Positions 60,801-64,000 of a stretch of DNA of 64,000 nucleotides are shown piece after piece. Both the position numbers and the translations under genes were made by a program. A model generated the notes under the pieces. The model did not search any database and had not been told where the DNA came from. It saw only the letters and a list, made by a program, of their open reading frames with translations. Numbering within the stretch: the first letter of the stretch is position 1; each line of letters starts with the position of its first letter. This stretch comes from Spizellomyces punctatus DAOM BR117. Its lineage: Eukaryota. The stretch lies in NCBI GenBank assembly GCA_000182565.2, contig KQ257454.1; one strand, 5' to 3'.

Positions 60801-63800
60801 ATGTGCAACATTTCGGAGATAGATGGGTCCCTCTCGTCTCTGCAGGATCTTTATCTGCGATTGGGTGCTCGGCAGGGCGGCTCTTCTGGATCATCAATTA
60901 GACTGGAAGACGTTCGCGAACTTAACGTCCACTCGAATCGCATAACAAAGATCGATAGGAATGCTCTCCAGGCCTTTCGTTCGTTGGTCATATTGGACCT
61001 CTCCAGTAACTTGGTATGCTTGCCTGCTTTGGCCGAGACTTGGCCTGTTGTGGTAGGAATCATTCCTCACATCCAGAGCTAGATACAGAAGATTGAGGGC
61101 CTGGAGGTCGTACCACACTTGCGAGAGCTGAACCTCTCTAACAATAAGGTAGGAAACCAATACAAGGCAACAACTGCGTTAAATAGGAGCTGTCGATTAG
61201 TCTTCCTGTGTTATTATTTCTTTACACTCTGTTCTGCGAATAATAAAGATCTGTCGGATCGAAAACTTGCGAGACCTTCATAATTTGCGCCAGTTTATTA
61301 TATCCTTCAATTCTATCCGCACCTTGGAAGGGCTAACTGACATGCATGGAAATGACTACTCGTTGGAGCTGCTTGATCTCAAAGGCAACAATATTGATGA
61401 TTGGCAAGCGCTTCGTCCGCTGATGGGATGCATGGTAAGTCCAGTGTCTGGCATATTTAGACGACACTGTTATGTCACCAGATTCCTATGCATCTTCAGT
61501 ATTAATATTGAAATTAACTCATCAGAAACTCAAGCATCTTGTCTTGAATGGCCACCATGCGGTGTCCAAGGTCAATCCGATCTGTGGTGCGCCATCCTAT
61601 TCCCCAATGATGGTCTTGAATCTCCTGAAGCAACTTCATTCAGTTGACGGTGTAGATCGGCACGGTATTCGCGTAACATGTACTGAAACACAAAAACTTA
61701 ACCCTCTATGGTGCACACCTTTCTCATGTTTCCCATTTCCTGTAGCTCACATATCTTCAAGTCATCCGGATATCGCTAAATATGCAGACTTTGTCCAAGA
61801 ACACCAGAAAGAGGGCGCCAGGTTGTGTAGATCTTTTACGTTGCAGAAATATCTTTGTACCATATCATTTTTGCTGATTGCTCGATATCAATTGAATAGT
61901 GCCGATCCGGGTCATTCGGTACGGACCCCAGTCATATCTGCCCCCTCGAGACACTTTCAGAGCGGCTCAACACCTTCCGGAGCGCAACGAATTGACAATG
62001 AGGTGCACTATCTCTCGGAACAACTTACGCAGTTGCAACAACAAATGGATTCGGTACTGGACGTAACGAGTTCAATGCGTGCGCCAACTCAACAGCGGCC
62101 GCAGGCAGATGTCAGCCAGATGGAGAACCTGTACAATGAGGTCCGCAATATGATCGGAAAAGCGCAGTCCCTTAAGTTAGACGGAGGACCTACGAGTTTC
62201 CAAAATCGATCGACGGGATCTTCGATATCACCAGACCGTCTTACACGGCTTGAAAAGCAGATGGAAAGATTAATGGAATGCATAACGTCACTCAATAGAG
62301 ATGACCAATCGCATCGAAAAAGAGACGGTCAGCGCGCGTCTCCTAAAATGCGCAGAGAATCTGGTGCCGATGCCGTAAACTATGACGTTGAGCGTCAGGA
62401 TGATATCGTCTCGACATCCTCAAGCCCTGGCGCTGGCGAGAACAGGTTGGAACGCCAATACAGATATACTGATGTCTGAATGTGCGTCCTATTAATATCC
62501 AAATATTGCAGCGATGAGTCAGAGTACACAACATTACCAACGAGGATCCCGGCGTCTAAGGTGCGCTTTCTTGTTTGCTCCCAAGTTAAGTACTGGATTG
62601 ACAGATAGATTTATCAGAATGGCAAGCGTCAGACCCTTGTGTGGCGCGAGCAAAAACCAATGCATTCACGGGAAGGACGATATCGGGCAGAAAAGAAGCC
62701 GCTGAGTTGTAATTCATTCAATATCAAAACCGACGAAAATAGTCCTGAGAGGTAAGGCAAATTATGAAACAGTAGGCAAACGGGGCTATGCTCAGTTCTG
62801 TACAGTAGTAAAGGAAAGCCAACGTCTTCTGACATGCAAGGCGGTTCGGCTGTGGCGCTAGCAGCCAACGCAAAACTCATCCGTGCCTTAGAAGAGGAAG
62901 AGAAGCGTCTGCGTGCCAATGAGAAAACGTATGCGGATGAAATAAAAAAGCTCACAGGAGAGTTGAGCGAGGAGCGAAGTCGACGCCAGAAGGCCGAAGA
63001 TGAATGCATGGCCCTAAAGAAACAGGTAAAACACCCTCTCTAATTAGCCGTGTATTTGACATGATTAAATCATGATAACCTTAACTGTCAAGGCAACGGG
63101 GCAAGCTGAGGCAGCGGGTGCAGACAAAGATAAATTAAATGCTTTAGCGGACGAAAACTCCAGACTGAAGACTCGGCTGCAAGAGGCAGATTCAAGCTGT
63201 CAGTCCATAGCTAGTGAGCTGTCTTCAGTAAAGGTGAGCTGCACTGGCCTGGAGGATTGTGATTTTGGTTAAAAGCGATCCGTTTATAAGGCCGACTTAA
63301 ACGATATAAGACTGAAATACGACCAACTCTTGGCTGAGAGCGCGGAATGTAAAACTCACCTACTGACACAAGAAAAAGAGCTAAAGAACGTAAAAACAAC
63401 TGAACAAGAGATCAAGGTACGGCGAAGGTGTAGATATTCGCCTTACAAGAACCCATTTGTAAAAGGATGAATAGGTGTCTGCTGCAGAGCTAGAATGCCA
63501 ATTAAAACTATGCGAGGAAGAAAAGGCTCGTTTATCCGTCCGGCTAGTAAAAGATCGGGAGCAGTCGAGAGTCAAGGTTGCGGAGGTAATGTTTCTATTT
63601 AGTCCGCCATTGACCATAATTCCAGCTCATGTGTGAATGCTCCAGGTCAAGAAAGAAAATGAAATTTACAAAGCTACCATCAGGCAATTGCAAAAGGAGA
63701 ACAGTGCATTACAGCAAAATTTAAGTTCTCGAGATTTTGACGCCCGCCAGCAGTTAAACGACCTCGCAGCGTACGTGTTGTCCTTTACTGTGCGAAAGCG

Positions 63801-64000
63801 ACAAACACACTTCATGGTGACATTTATGTAGGATGCGGAGTTCTGAATTAAAACAGGCTATATCGGAGACTACCAACCAGTTGCTCGAAAGGCACAAAGT
63901 TGAGTACGATGCAGTATCCCACCAGCTTACGAGGACCCAACATGCCTATGCCGCTTTGGAGGAAGAATTCCGAAAAGGCATGAAAGGTAGCTCATTTCAA
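60801..64000 (+). CDS. Leucine-rich repeat + long coiled-coil protein (LRRCC1/VFL1-like centriolar protein); runs off the window
   Basis: SDS22-like LRRs (LNVHSNRI, LDLSSNL, LNLSNNKI, LDLKGNNI), an LRRcap NPIC motif, then extensive coiled-coil exons. Confidence 0.7.

Noticed and set aside
1-64000. U12-type introns, selenocysteine read-through, transposons, CRISPR
   Set aside because: The RTATCCTT matches I found fall in coding DNA or on the wrong strand. No conserved gene requires an in-frame TGA. No transposase/RT motifs, terminal repeats or repeat-spacer arrays were seen.

Overview
Gene-dense, intron-rich eukaryotic DNA: about 35 genes in 64 kb, mostly with short (50-80 nt) GT-AG introns and many head-to-head pairs. 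Fungal markers (Zn2Cys6 factor, Mob2, Nbp2, Nnf1) occur with flagellar/centriolar genes (RSPH1-like, LRRCC1-like) and a methionine synthase reductase, which points to a zoosporic fungus (chytrid; inference). Most genes are housekeeping. I saw no transposons, tRNA/rRNA genes or CRISPR arrays. Most notable: an RGS-C1-HR1-RA-DH-PH RhoGEF; an Nbp2 SH3 domain split by large insertions; a DUF2431/Bmt5-like methyltransferase fused to zinc fingers; 5-, 6- and 13-nt micro-exons building the AAA motifs of FIGNL1; recurring RFX X-box-like palindromes in short promoters; long structured introns; small orphan ORFs, including a PY-motif micropeptide. All calls come from manual motif recognition and manual splicing, with no database searches. 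CDS coordinates span start to stop codon, introns included.
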